Part shown: one piece after another, positions 48,369 to 58,627 of the stretch
How positions within the stretch are numbered: position 1 is the first letter of the stretch
Layout of the letters: the number at the start of each line of letters is the position of its first letter
Assembly: GCA_002500605.1 (NCBI GenBank)
Contig: DLRR01000021.1
Location: 47,866-111,865 of the forward strand
Direction of reading: 5' to 3'
Length of the DNA: 64,000 bases
Source: Nitrospinaceae bacterium UBA7883
Lineage (GTDB): Bacteria; Nitrospinota_A; UBA7883
The notes under the pieces: generated by a model
Database searches by the model: none
What the model was told of the DNA's origin: nothing
Seen by the model: the letters and a program-made list of their open reading frames with translations, nothing else
Made by a program: the position numbers and the translations under genes

Positions 48369-50318
48369 ATGACAGGTCTTAAGCTTATCTGGATAGTGCC
48401 TATTTTACCACTACTAGGTGCTATTACAAATGGACTGATAGGTAAATTATTAAGCAAAAGAGCTGTTACTTTCGTAGCACTTGGCTCTACTGGCTTTTCT
48501 GCCTTATTTGCGCTCTTTGCCTTTATCGAACTGTTGTCCCTGGATCCCTCAAGCAGGATCAGCGAGAGCATTCTTTTTACTTGGATTGAGTCTGACAAAT
48601 TTATCGCAGAGGCAGGAATTCAGATCGATCCCCTTTCAGGGGTATTCATGCTTATAGTAACTGGCGTTGGATTTTTAATCCACATTTACTCAGTTGGGTA
48701 TATGGGACATGAAGATGGTTACTCAAGGTATTTTGCATATTTAAATCTTTTCATGTTTTCAATGTTACTACTGGTACTAGGCAACAACTTCCTAATCATG
48801 TTCATTGGGTGGGAGGGTGTGGGGCTTTGCTCTTACTTGCTAATTGGGTACTACTATGACAAGAACTCCGCAGTAGACGCTGGCAAGAAAGCTTTCGTGG
48901 TAAACAGAATAGGCGATTTTGGTTTCATCTTAGCTATAATGTGGATTTTCTGGACTTTTGGATCCATCGACTACACATCAGTATTCCCTGTTGCCCATGA
49001 AGTTCTACCAATTGGGGGCTTTACTGTCACTGGTATAACATTACTACTATTCATTGGTGCCACAGGCAAATCTGCACAGATACCATTGTATACATGGCTA
49101 CCCGATGCCATGGAAGGCCCTACGCCCGTATCGGCCCTTATCCACGCCGCTACTATGGTTACTGCAGGTGTTTACATGGTTGCAAGATGTAACGCGCTAT
49201 TTAATATAGCGCCTACCAGCATGATTGTTGTAGCCAGTATTGGTGCCATCACCGCTCTTTTTGCAGCAACAATGGGTCTATACCAATATGACATCAAAAG
49301 GGTCCTGGCTTATTCGACCGTTTCCCAGCTAGGTTACATGTTCCTCGCATGTGGATTAGGTGCTTATGTTGCGGCTGTGTTCCATGTTATAACCCATGCC
49401 TTTTTTAAAGCATGCCTTTTTTTAGGGTCTGGTTCAGTAATCCACGGGCTTTCAGGCGAACAGGACATGAGACAAATGGGTGGGCTGAAAAAATTAATGC
49501 CATTAACACACATAACTTTCCTAATATCAACACTTGCTATAGCAGGAATCCCAGTTTTTGCTGGATTCTTCTCCAAGGATGAAATTTTACTTAGTGCTTT
49601 TTTTGGAGAAACTCAGGGTCATTTAATTTATTGGGCTCTTGCAACGACAGCAGCAGCGGTGACTTCATTTTATATGTTTAGATTGTATTACTTGACCTTT
49701 TCAGGGGTGCTCAGATCCACTGATCAACATGTACGCGATCATGTTCACGAGTCACCTCCAGTGATGACAGCACCTCTAGCAATCCTCGCTGGACTAGCCA
49801 TTCTGGGAGGGCTTCTTGGTCTGCCAATTATAAAAGATGCCCACATACTTAAAAGTTTTTTGGCTCCTGTTTTTTCTACGCGTGGAGCGATAGAGCAACC
49901 ACATCCGCCGATGCAAATAGAATTTTTACTAATGGCCGTTTCTGTTGGTGTGGCCGTGATTGGTATCATGGTTGCTAGGTACTTCTATTATACAAACCCA
50001 GAATCGGCCAAAAAGCTTGCTAAAAAGGAAGGATGGATAAAAATAGTTTATAGAACTATACAAAATAAGTACTACGTGGATGAAATTTATGACGCCATTT
50101 TTGTAAAGCCAATTTTTCTCGCTTCGCGTGACCTTCTTTGGAGGATATTTGATATGAAGGTCATTGATGGTCTTGTAAATGGTATAGCCAATTTCTTTTA
50201 TAAACTAAGCCAAACTATAAGAAAAACCCAGACCGGCTTTGTACGAAACTACGCAATGATAATGGTGTTGGGAGTAGTTGCCGTGATAAGCGTCTGGTTC
50301 ATTGTGCTAGGGGACTAA
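48369..50318 (+). CDS. nuoL: NADH-quinone oxidoreductase subunit L
   Basis: IHIYSVGYM, GWEGVGLCS, WLPDAMEGPTPVSALIHAATMVTAG. Confidence 0.97.
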   Translation: MTGLKLIWIVPILPLLGAITNGLIGKLLSKRAVTFVALGSTGFSALFALFAFIELLSLDPSSRISESILFTWIESDKFIAEAGIQIDPLSGVFMLIVTGVGFLIHIYSVGYMGHEDGYSRYFAYLNLFMFSMLLLVLGNNFLIMFIGWEGVGLCSYLLIGYYYDKNSAVDAGKKAFVVNRIGDFGFILAIMWIFWTFGSIDYTSVFPVAHEVLPIGGFTVTGITLLLFIGATGKSAQIPLYTWLPDAMEGPTPVSALIHAATMVTAGVYMVARCNALFNIAPTSMIVVASIGAITALFAATMGLYQYDIKRVLAYSTVSQLGYMFLACGLGAYVAAVFHVITHAFFKACLFLGSGSVIHGLSGEQDMRQMGGLKKLMPLTHITFLISTLAIAGIPVFAGFFSKDEILLSAFFGETQGHLIYWALATTAAAVTSFYMFRLYYLTFSGVLRSTDQHVRDHVHESPPVMTAPLAILAGLAILGGLLGLPIIKDAHILKSFLAPVFSTRGAIEQPHPPMQIEFLLMAVSVGVAVIGIMVARYFYYTNPESAKKLAKKEGWIKIVYRTIQNKYYVDEIYDAIFVKPIFLASRDLLWRIFDMKVIDGLVNGIANFFYKLSQTIRKTQTGFVRNYAMIMVLGVVAVISVWFIVLGD

Positions 50319-50324
50319 ACAAAA

Positions 50325-51983
50325 ATGGAGTCAATACCGCTACTTTCAATATTGATTTTTACTCCTGTAATTGGAATGCTCTCTCTTATTTTTGTTGATA
50401 ATAAAAACAAGAACCTGATCCGTAGCCTAGCTTTTGGAATCTCTGCAATCAACTTCCTAGTTTCACTCCTGCTTTTAACTAACTTCAAAACAACCCACGA
50501 GATGCAATTCGTGGAAAAGCATCTCTGGATAAAAGATTTCGGCGTGTATTACAGTCTTGGAGTAGACGGAATATCCCTATTTCTGGTTCTACTTACTACA
50601 TTAACCGCGGCCATTTGCTTCGCTAGCACATGGAAAGCCATTACCAAACACGTAAAAGAATTCATGATCTCTATGCTAATGTTAGAGGCAGGAATGATTG
50701 GTACTTTTTGCGCCTTGGATTTCTTTCTGTTCTACATTTTTTGGGAGGTTATGCTAATTCCAATGTACTTTATCATTGGAATATGGGGTGGTCAGCGACG
50801 TATTTACGCAGCAGTTAAGTTTTTCCTATATACAATGATTGGCTCAGTACTAATGCTAGTGGCCATAATCTGGATGTACTTTCACTACAATGAACTCACT
50901 GGTGAGTATAGTTTGGATATTCTCTCCTACCATGGACTCCCAATTGACCCGGCGATCCAAATATGGCTATTTTTAGCATTTTTCCTTGCGTTTGCAATCA
51001 AAGTTCCCATGTTTCCATTCCATACATGGCTGCCAGATGCTCACGTAGAAGCACCAACTGCAGGATCGGTAATACTTGCGGGTATTCTTTTAAAAATGGG
51101 TACGTATGGATTTCTCAGATTTTCGTTGCCAATATTTCCTGAAGCTACAATCGCTTCCATTAACTGGATATCTGTTCTAGCCATAATTGGTATCGTTTAT
51201 GGTGCACTGGTTGCCATGGTTCAAAGCGATATTAAAAAGCTTGTAGCTTACTCTTCCGTAAGCCACTTGGGGTTTGTAGTGCTTGGCATCTTCGCGCTTA
51301 ATACACAGGCGATTGAAGGTGGCCTATTGCAAATGATTAACCACGGCCTGTCTACCGGTGCCCTATTCTTGATAGTCGGTGTTTTATACGAACGGAGACA
51401 TACAAGGCTTATTAGTGAGTATGGTGGTATTGCAGCCAAAATGCCAATATTTGCAGTAATTTTTATGGTAGTCACACTCTCTTCGATAGGACTGCCAGGC
51501 TTAAACGGATTTGTGGGAGAATTTCTAATTCTGTTAGGTGTTTGGGAGTCGAACAAGCTGTTTGCCATCCTCGCATCAACAGGTGTGGTTTGGGCTGCTA
51601 TATATATGCTATGGATGTACCAGCGGGTAATGTTTGGAAAAGTGACAAATCCTAAAAATATGGATCTGCAGGATTTGAACCTGCGCGAAATATCCTATTT
51701 CGCGCCACTTCTTATTCTAATTTTTGTTCTCGGTATATTTCCAACTCCTGTTATTAAAATGATGGAGCCAAGTGTAGTTCACCTGATAGATCAAGTGGGT
51801 ATTGAAAACAGAAAACCACTTGTCACTGTTATTAAAGAGCCAGACAAAAAAAGTAATTCAAACTACAAAAAACTTATTTCGGCGAATAACAAAAACATTA
51901 TTACCAGTCGATCTGAAAAATTAACAAAAGTTTTAAACCACGTTTACTCAAACTCCAATAGAAAGAAGAACTCGCCACAATGA
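50325..51983 (+). CDS. nuoM: NADH-quinone oxidoreductase subunit M
   Basis: LGVDGIS, FWEVMLIP, FPFHTWLPDAHVEAPTAGS; about 60-aa hydrophilic C-terminal tail. Confidence 0.97.
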   Translation: MESIPLLSILIFTPVIGMLSLIFVDNKNKNLIRSLAFGISAINFLVSLLLLTNFKTTHEMQFVEKHLWIKDFGVYYSLGVDGISLFLVLLTTLTAAICFASTWKAITKHVKEFMISMLMLEAGMIGTFCALDFFLFYIFWEVMLIPMYFIIGIWGGQRRIYAAVKFFLYTMIGSVLMLVAIIWMYFHYNELTGEYSLDILSYHGLPIDPAIQIWLFLAFFLAFAIKVPMFPFHTWLPDAHVEAPTAGSVILAGILLKMGTYGFLRFSLPIFPEATIASINWISVLAIIGIVYGALVAMVQSDIKKLVAYSSVSHLGFVVLGIFALNTQAIEGGLLQMINHGLSTGALFLIVGVLYERRHTRLISEYGGIAAKMPIFAVIFMVVTLSSIGLPGLNGFVGEFLILLGVWESNKLFAILASTGVVWAAIYMLWMYQRVMFGKVTNPKNMDLQDLNLREISYFAPLLILIFVLGIFPTPVIKMMEPSVVHLIDQVGIENRKPLVTVIKEPDKKSNSNYKKLISANNKNIITSRSEKLTKVLNHVYSNSNRKKNSPQ

Positions 51984-53434
51984 AGCAGTTAGTCATTCCT
52001 GATGTTTCCCTAGGCGCTGTCGGACCAGAAATTGTACTGGTTGTTACAGCAATACTGCTGTTATTACTCGAAGTCTTCACTGCTAGAAAAGAGAAAGGTT
52101 ATCTTGCATATACTGCTCTAGGCGGCGTACTTTTGGCTTCAGCAATGACGGCTAATATGAATGGCTATACTGAAATGAACTTTTCAGGAATGTATGTGGT
52201 AGATAATTTTGCTTCATTCTTTAAGTTGGTTTGTCTGCTTGGAACAGGCATGACCATACTTGTATCCGTAACGTACACAATAAACGAAGGCATAAGCAAT
52301 GGTGAATACTATGCCTTATTACTCTTTGCAACGTCTGGCATGTTTTTTATGATCTCAGGATCAGATATGGTGACCATTTTTATGGGTCTTGAAGTAATGT
52401 CTATATCCCTCTATGCCCTTGCGGGGTATACCAGAAATCGAGAAAAAAGCAACGAGGCCGCGCTAAAATACTTTGTTCTAGGCGCTTTAGCTTCTGCATT
52501 TCTTCTTTACGGCATTGCTCTAATTTATGGGGCCACGGGTTCTACCAAACTTGCGATTATTGGAGATTCACTAAGAACTGGTATTGCCAATTATCACCTT
52601 ATAATAATTGGAGCAGCTCTGCTGGTGGTTGGATTTGGTTTTAAAATTTCAGCTGTTCCTTTTCACATGTGGGCTCCTGATGTGTACCAAGGTGCTCCCG
52701 CTCCCGTTACAGCATTTATGTCATCCGGTCCAAAAGCTGCGACATTTGCTGCATTCTTAAGAGTGTTTAACGAGGCTTTGCCAAGTATGCAAGCAGATTG
52801 GTGGCAAATATTTTGGATCCTGTCAGTTATGACGATGACTGTTGGCAATATTATGGCCCTTCGACAAACAGATGTTAAACGCATGCTAGCCTATTCATCA
52901 ATAGCACATGCCGGTTATATTCTAATGGGGTTCACTACTGGTGATTGGTTTGGAGTGTCTGCTATTCTTTTCTATATGCTTGTATATACCTTTATGAACA
53001 TAGGTGTATTTGCAGTGGTGACTATAGTGGCTCGAAAGAACGAAGAAAAAACCACATTTGAAGACTATACTGGGCTTGGCTACAAACACCCCATAATAGG
53101 TGTTACCCTTGTTGTTCTTTTGTTCTCTTTGATCGGAATCCCACCCACGGCTGGTTTTGTGGGTAAGTTTTACATATTCATGTCTGCTTTACAGCAAGGA
53201 TATGTGTGGCTTGTGATTATTGCAGTTGTAAATTCTGTTATATCTGTTTTCTATTACCTGAGACTTACCATTGTTATGTACATGACTGAAGAAACCACTG
53301 AAGCCTTACCGTCACTTTCATTGTCTCCGTCATTGGTGACAGCTCTTATAATTTCTATTTATGGTTCTCTATGGCTTGGAGTGATGCCATCAAGCTATAT
53401 CACTTTCGCACAGGCCGCATCCTTGATACCATAA
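51980..53434 (+). CDS. nuoN: NADH-quinone oxidoreductase subunit N
   Basis: EAALKYF, PFHMWAPDVYQGAP, KRMLAYSSIAHAGY, GIPPTAGF. Confidence 0.97.
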   Translation: MKQLVIPDVSLGAVGPEIVLVVTAILLLLLEVFTARKEKGYLAYTALGGVLLASAMTANMNGYTEMNFSGMYVVDNFASFFKLVCLLGTGMTILVSVTYTINEGISNGEYYALLLFATSGMFFMISGSDMVTIFMGLEVMSISLYALAGYTRNREKSNEAALKYFVLGALASAFLLYGIALIYGATGSTKLAIIGDSLRTGIANYHLIIIGAALLVVGFGFKISAVPFHMWAPDVYQGAPAPVTAFMSSGPKAATFAAFLRVFNEALPSMQADWWQIFWILSVMTMTVGNIMALRQTDVKRMLAYSSIAHAGYILMGFTTGDWFGVSAILFYMLVYTFMNIGVFAVVTIVARKNEEKTTFEDYTGLGYKHPIIGVTLVVLLFSLIGIPPTAGFVGKFYIFMSALQQGYVWLVIIAVVNSVISVFYYLRLTIVMYMTEETTEALPSLSLSPSLVTALIISIYGSLWLGVMPSSYITFAQAASLIP

Positions 53435-53449
53435 TGACTCGGTGTGTTG

Positions 53450-53475
53450 GCACAAAGGAAAAATCACCTTTGTGC
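53450..53475 (+). terminator. Possible terminator hairpin after nuoN
   Basis: gcacaaagg/cctttgtgc 9-bp stem; weak T tail. Confidence 0.5.
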
Positions 53476-53592
53476 TTGATAACGTACATTGTTATATTGT
53501 AAGCAGACATGTCTCCATGTGGAACAATAGCCTGTAAATAAGTGATTGATTGCATAAGCTTGGTTTATTCAATTACCGATAGTATCTAAACT

Positions 53593-54543
53593 ATGAACTC
53601 TTCTTCTAAAGGTGTCGATACGCTGCTTCTTTGTGGTGATAAAGGCGCATCACGTTCTGTGTACGGTGTCAGCAAATCGTTTATATACATGCACGGCAAA
53701 CCGCTCTTTGCTCATGTACTTGACGCGTTGTTCAAGACACAGAATGTGAGACGTATATTTATAATCGGCAATAAGCAAAAGCTTGATGCAAACATATCTC
53801 AACTAGGCAGACAAAAAGATTTTCCTAAGCCAGTTATAACTATTGAGCAAGACTCCAATTTAATAGCAAATATATGGAGCGGATTCCTGGCCACTTTAGG
53901 AGCTAATCACCAAAGCGAAAGACAAGTCAATAAAGAATTGATAGACAAAGTCATTCTTGTGTTGCCTGGGGATGTTCCATTGATTTCTGCAGCAGAAGTT
54001 GATGATTTCCTATTAAAAGCTGATATAGGTTGTTACGATTATGTTATGGGTATGACACCAAGTAATGAAATGGCCATATTCCATTCAACTGGAAAAAAAC
54101 CAGGAATAAAAATGGCAAGCGCTTATTTTCGTGAAGGCAGCTTTAGAATAAACAATCTACACTTGGCCCGCCCATTCGCATGTAAAAACCTCGATGCAGT
54201 TCAGCTTCTGTATAATTCAAGATATCAAAAGAATGTTATGAATATGTTGAGACTTACCCGCGACATGTGGCGCCAACATATAAAAGTACAAAGCCTTTTC
54301 TTGTATTTTTTAATGCAAGTTTCATCACTTCTTGCTTATTTAGGGCTAGAAAAATTCAACTGGGTAGCAAGAAGATATGTACCTATGACAAAAGTAGCTG
54401 CTGCCGTTGGGAGGATACTTGGAATGAGAGCTGGCTTTGTTATAACAACCGCTGGTGGGGCAGCTTTAGACGTGGACAATGAGGCTGATTACGAAACAAT
54501 GAAGCTTAGGTTCTTAGAATGGAAAGGTACACAACAATTTTAG
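53593..54543 (+). CDS. Nucleotidyltransferase (MobA/NTP_transf_3-like) family protein
   Basis: LLCG...KSFI..HGKPLFAHVLDAL, GDVPL, LDVDNEADY. Confidence 0.7.
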   Translation: MNSSSKGVDTLLLCGDKGASRSVYGVSKSFIYMHGKPLFAHVLDALFKTQNVRRIFIIGNKQKLDANISQLGRQKDFPKPVITIEQDSNLIANIWSGFLATLGANHQSERQVNKELIDKVILVLPGDVPLISAAEVDDFLLKADIGCYDYVMGMTPSNEMAIFHSTGKKPGIKMASAYFREGSFRINNLHLARPFACKNLDAVQLLYNSRYQKNVMNMLRLTRDMWRQHIKVQSLFLYFLMQVSSLLAYLGLEKFNWVARRYVPMTKVAAAVGRILGMRAGFVITTAGGAALDVDNEADYETMKLRFLEWKGTQQF

Positions 54544-55604
54544 GGAGATTCCATCAACTCCTTTAGATGAGCAAGTCTCTTTATTAGTAATCCAGGATGT
54601 ATCAATGATAGTGCCGCCTCAAACCATTTGCTAGCTTCAACTCCATTGTTTTGCAATAGGGCAATCAACCCTAGTCTGTAAGGCGTCATGTATTCACGTG
54701 GATCCTCTGAAAAAGATTTAAAATATAACTCGTAGGCGGTATTTAGAATTCCATTGCAATAGTGAACATCTGCTAGCCATTTAACATGTTGAGGATAATC
54801 GTTAACTGGGCATAACTCCATTAACCGTTTAGCATATGTTTGGGCCTCGTCATATTTACTAGTTTGCAAGGTTAGCATCACTAACGAAACTAAGGACTCT
54901 ACATTATCACTATCTACCTTAAGAACAGCTTTAAAATTGCCTATTGCCGCATCCAGTCGACCTAAGCCATGATCACGGTCACCATTGTTTATCAAGTGGT
55001 GCACATAGCTTCTATTGGCATAAACGATATTGAGGGTAAAGTTTACGCCTGCAACAAAAAACCAGTGTAGCCATATTGCAAGATTATCAAGTAATTCTAC
55101 ACCCTTACCAAGGATTCCTTTGTTGGTGTCATCATAATCTTCTTTGGCTTCTAAGTAATTTTTGTTTAGCAGCAATATGGATTTTTCCACCGTTACCAAT
55201 ATCAAGGCCTGTATATGCAAAGAAGCAGCAGGTGCGTTTTTTGCCAACGTAAGCAAATCACCTGTTCCGTTGGAATAGTTTATAAGGGCCGATAAAGCAA
55301 GAGCCGTATTGTTTTTTGGGGAAATTTGGAGTGCCTTGCCTATATAGCAGGCTGCCAACTCGAGATTATTACACTCAAAAGCATCCGCGGCTCCAAAAAG
55401 CCAAGATGCTGGATTGCCTAGTGTTTCTTCATTTAACGTAAGAAAAGAAAAATCTTTAGAGTGTATTGCTTTTTGGATCAATGCTCTGTGATCATAATTG
55501 TCCTTCGAAATCACCGAGTCGAGTAATTCGATTGCATTGTTAGTTTTCCCACTTTTCCAAAGAAACTCAGCCTTCCTGATGGAAACAATATCGGAGATGT
55601 GCAT
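54540..55604 (-). CDS. TPR-repeat protein
   Basis: Repeated A...Y..AL..SP.N and Y.LGLIAL...A...FE.AL helical patterns. Confidence 0.65.
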   Translation of the reverse strand: MHISDIVSIRKAEFLWKSGKTNNAIELLDSVISKDNYDHRALIQKAIHSKDFSFLTLNEETLGNPASWLFGAADAFECNNLELAACYIGKALQISPKNNTALALSALINYSNGTGDLLTLAKNAPAASLHIQALILVTVEKSILLLNKNYLEAKEDYDDTNKGILGKGVELLDNLAIWLHWFFVAGVNFTLNIVYANRSYVHHLINNGDRDHGLGRLDAAIGNFKAVLKVDSDNVESLVSLVMLTLQTSKYDEAQTYAKRLMELCPVNDYPQHVKWLADVHYCNGILNTAYELYFKSFSEDPREYMTPYRLGLIALLQNNGVEASKWFEAALSLIHPGLLIKRLAHLKELMESP

Positions 55605-55647
55605 AATCCACCCGATAAGTTAAAAATATTAAATATGGATTTCGTGA

Positions 55648-56199
55648 CTATTGGGCTTCTGCAGGACCGTCTTTTGAAGTGTCATCCGTAGTGGTTACTT
55701 CACCAGAGTCTTCAGATGGGGCATCAATTGCCTCCGGAACCAATTCGTCCACTTTATCATCATTTACAACAACTTTAATTGTCCCCACAACTTCTTTAAA
55801 AATTTTTACTGTAACATCATGTTGCCCTATACTTTTTATAGGTCCGCTTAAAACAATTTTTCTCCTGTCTATCACAAATCCCTTTGCCGAAAGAGCGGCC
55901 TCTATATCACCGTTAGTTACAGAACCAAAAAGCTTCCCCTCGTCCCCGGACTTGCGAGTAAATATGAGATCACCTATCGATTCTAGTTGGCCTTTCTTTG
56001 CTTCCGCCTCTGAAGTTATTTTAGTTATCTTACGGGCACGTTGTTTTAAATTATTCTCAAAAGTTCTATTGTTAGCCGGTGTAGCTTCTAGGGCAAGATT
56101 GTTGGGAACCAAATAGTTTCTGGCGTATCCATCAGCTACTACCACCTCATCACCATAGTCCCCAAGGTTAGGAACAAAATCCGTCAGAATTACTTTCAT
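55648..56199 (-). CDS. rplI: 50S ribosomal protein L9 with acidic C-terminal tail
   Basis: MKVIL..V.NLG..G..V.V.DGYARNYLVP, KLFGSVT; ggagagg RBS gives start 56199. Confidence 0.97.
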   Translation of the reverse strand: MKVILTDFVPNLGDYGDEVVVADGYARNYLVPNNLALEATPANNRTFENNLKQRARKITKITSEAEAKKGQLESIGDLIFTRKSGDEGKLFGSVTNGDIEAALSAKGFVIDRRKIVLSGPIKSIGQHDVTVKIFKEVVGTIKVVVNDDKVDELVPEAIDAPSEDSGEVTTTDDTSKDGPAEAQ

Positions 56200-56248
56200 A
56201 TCAACCTCTCCAATTGGCTGCCAAGTATCTGAACATTTCCTGTGTTCA

Positions 56249-57205
56249 TTAGTTTTCACCTTTTTTTACTGGCAATAATTTTCTGTAATCAAACCACAAA
56301 TCAGTTAATCCAACAAAGCTAACAATCAATATAATAATTGGTTGTGTAAAAATAAAAAAGTACCCAATAGCCCTGAAAATATTTGGAAAACCGGTTTTCC
56401 TGAAATAATAATGCGTAATAGCTATACCATGAAAAAAATAAATTGCCACTGATATTATGGCAAGGTTGATGCCTAGGACACCAGCCATTCCGTCGTCAAG
56501 CAATGCTACAAAACCTCCACCTATTATGCCCCAAACCATGGTGTCTGGTGCACTCCAATTGGCAAAGTTATGATCAGGAAAGCTGATCCCCCAATCAAAG
56601 CGCATGCTTAGTGTCTTTATCACAATGTAGTTAACTACCACTGTAACAATGGCACTTAAAAAAGATATTCCATAGAAAATATTAACAAACGTTTGAACGA
56701 CTACTTTAGAGTTATCTTCTAGCCAAATTGTCATCCTAGGGTCAGATCCGGATGCATTGTAGGATTGAATAACCGAATCCACTGCTAGGCTTGCCCAGTT
56801 GGTTAGTGATTCATTTAACCCTATTTGGGCACCACTGCCAATAAGGGAAAAAAAAATAATACTAGCGACAAATGGAGCTAACGCGCTCAGGCCAATTGTT
56901 GCCTCAAGTGTTGCTTCCCTTTTGATTGTTTCAGACATTATCCAAGCGGTTAACCCACAAAAAATTAGATAGAAAACAGAAAATAGCGGGCCACCAAAAA
57001 TAAGTAACAAGAGTGTACTAACAATGGTAATAACAAACCCAATCCGCTTACCATGTTTTATTAGGGCATAAAATATTGGCGCCGGCGCAAGCATTCCTAG
57101 TGGCGAGATAAAACCCGATGCATAAAACAATCCGACGGAGAGAACAATAGGAAGGGCCAGTGATACTAGCCCTCCACCTGTTGGCCTTCCTTGGACATCT
57201 ATCAT
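56249..57205 (-). CDS. DUF2232/YybS-family membrane protein
   Basis: Multi-TM; W..PD.MVWG, YFFHGIA, GLTDLWFDYRK; conserved position between rpsR and rplI. Confidence 0.88.
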   Translation of the reverse strand: MIDVQGRPTGGGLVSLALPIVLSVGLFYASGFISPLGMLAPAPIFYALIKHGKRIGFVITIVSTLLLLIFGGPLFSVFYLIFCGLTAWIMSETIKREATLEATIGLSALAPFVASIIFFSLIGSGAQIGLNESLTNWASLAVDSVIQSYNASGSDPRMTIWLEDNSKVVVQTFVNIFYGISFLSAIVTVVVNYIVIKTLSMRFDWGISFPDHNFANWSAPDTMVWGIIGGGFVALLDDGMAGVLGINLAIISVAIYFFHGIAITHYYFRKTGFPNIFRAIGYFFIFTQPIIILIVSFVGLTDLWFDYRKLLPVKKGEN

Positions 57206-57218
57206 TTGTTTTTAATTA

Positions 57219-57470
57219 TCATTGATTCGTGAATGGGATTAAAGCAATTGTTCTAGCACGTTTTACAGCTTCTGTTAACTTTCGCTGGTGAGTTGTACAG
57301 TTTCCTGAAATTCTGCTAGGAATAATTTTGCCTCGCTCCGTAATTAGGTTCCTTAAAGTTTTAATATCTTTATAATCAATATTATCAACTTTTTCAACAC
57401 AGAACCGGCATACTTTCTTTTGGAAAAAATTCCTCTTTTTAGTTCCGTTGGAATTTCTCGTTGGTCTCAT
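57219..57470 (-). CDS. rpsR: 30S ribosomal protein S18
   Basis: [27 protein letters not shown]. Confidence 0.98.
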   Translation of the reverse strand: MRPTRNSNGTKKRNFFQKKVCRFCVEKVDNIDYKDIKTLRNLITERGKIIPSRISGNCTTHQRKLTEAVKRARTIALIPFTNQ

Positions 57471-57518
57471 TATCAGGTTTCTCCTGCTTATTATTAATTC
57501 AGTGATATTGGGAAAAAG

Positions 57519-57929
57519 TTAGAATGGAACGTCATCTGCTGGCGACTCTCCGTTTACCTTTTCGCCACTACCTTCTTTTGGAGATGTTTCGTCCTTCGAA
57601 CCTAAGAACATAACCTTTTCTGCAGTAATTTCTAGCTTGCTTCTTTTCTGACCCTCATCTGTTTCCCAGCTTGAGTAAGTTAAACGCCCTTCAACACAGA
57701 CCTGTCGCCCCTTAGCCAGGTATTCCTGGCAGTTTTCACCCTGCTTGCCCCATACGCTTATATCAACAAAACACACCTCTTCTTTCAGGTTATTTTCGTC
57801 ACTCTTATCTCTGTATTTGCGACTGGTGGCTAAACCGAACTTACAAATAGCCACACCTGAAGCTAAGTAGCGTAACTCTGGATCACGTGTGAGACGACCA
57901 ATTAGTATAACTTTATTCAAGTTAGACAT
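57519..57929 (-). CDS. ssb: Single-stranded DNA-binding protein
   Basis: NKVILIGRLTRDPELRY, C-terminal DDVPF; start moved to MSNLNK. Confidence 0.97.
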   Translation of the reverse strand: MSNLNKVILIGRLTRDPELRYLASGVAICKFGLATSRKYRDKSDENNLKEEVCFVDISVWGKQGENCQEYLAKGRQVCVEGRLTYSSWETDEGQKRSKLEITAEKVMFLGSKDETSPKEGSGEKVNGESPADDVPF

Positions 57930-58332
57930 TTTTATCCTCCCCTTCATTTTTTACCGCTTCTACTCTTTCGTCCTTTTCATCTTTGGTGGCGGCACGCTCG
58001 GATTCGCGACGTAGGTCATCAGCTGACTTGCGACCAGCAGACCCATCAAAAATAACGATAAGGCCTTTCAGAATGTTTTCATTAAACCTGAGTTGACGGT
58101 TTATCTTTTCAGGCGTTGATGAATTTGAGGTGAACCGCAAAAGGGTATAAAACCCATATCGTTGCTTCTTAATTAGATAGGCGAGACGCTTTTTTCCCCA
58201 ACGGTCATCTTCAATGATGGTTCCGCCTTCTGATTTGATGAGATCAACAATACCGTCAATCTCCTTTTCTATCTCTTCTTCTGTCAGGTCAGCCCTGACA
58301 ATGAGCAGAGCTTCATAATCTCTATTTACCAT
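57922..58332 (-). CDS. rpsF: 30S ribosomal protein S6
   Basis: YE.LLIVR, WGKKRLAY.IKK...GFY; aaggagg RBS. Confidence 0.97.
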   Translation of the reverse strand: MVNRDYEALLIVRADLTEEEIEKEIDGIVDLIKSEGGTIIEDDRWGKKRLAYLIKKQRYGFYTLLRFTSNSSTPEKINRQLRFNENILKGLIVIFDGSAGRKSADDLRRESERAATKDEKDERVEAVKNEGEDKNV

Positions 58333-58336
58333 AAAT

Positions 58337-58428
58337 CCTCCTTACGGGTTTCAAGCCCCAGTTAATTATTGCTGAACTGCCAACACCACTCTGGTGTCTT
58401 TGGTCAAACCATACTGGAGCAAGGAGCA
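58337..58428 (-). promoter_or_regulatory. S6:S18 ribosomal protein leader RNA
   Basis: Minus strand TGCTCCTTG-CTCCAGT...ACTGGGG-CTTGAAA-CCCG-TAAGGAGG: anti-SD complementary to the rpsF SD, an internal stem, and a CCC motif next to the SD. Confidence 0.7.
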
Positions 58429-58627
58429 CATTCCACTGCAGAACTGTAGATGATAGCAAAACAGTTGCTAGTGTCGCAACTTATTAATATACTGGTACAG
58501 ACCAGTTGATTAATGCTTGTGGTTGCCTTGCTTCTAGTAGTTGCCGAATTCTGGTAGGTTGACAAGGCTTTTAATTTTACCCCACTTTCCGCTGTCAAAT
58601 TATGGACTAAATGTAAGCAAAGTGTTT

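Noticed and set aside
50325-51983. 2M-type complex I
   Set aside because: Only one nuoM is present; its hydrophilic tail is unremarkable low-complexity sequence.
53511-53526. parS-like gtctccatgtggaaca
   Set aside because: Only 12 of 16 bases match TGTTCCACGTGGAACA and the left arm is broken.
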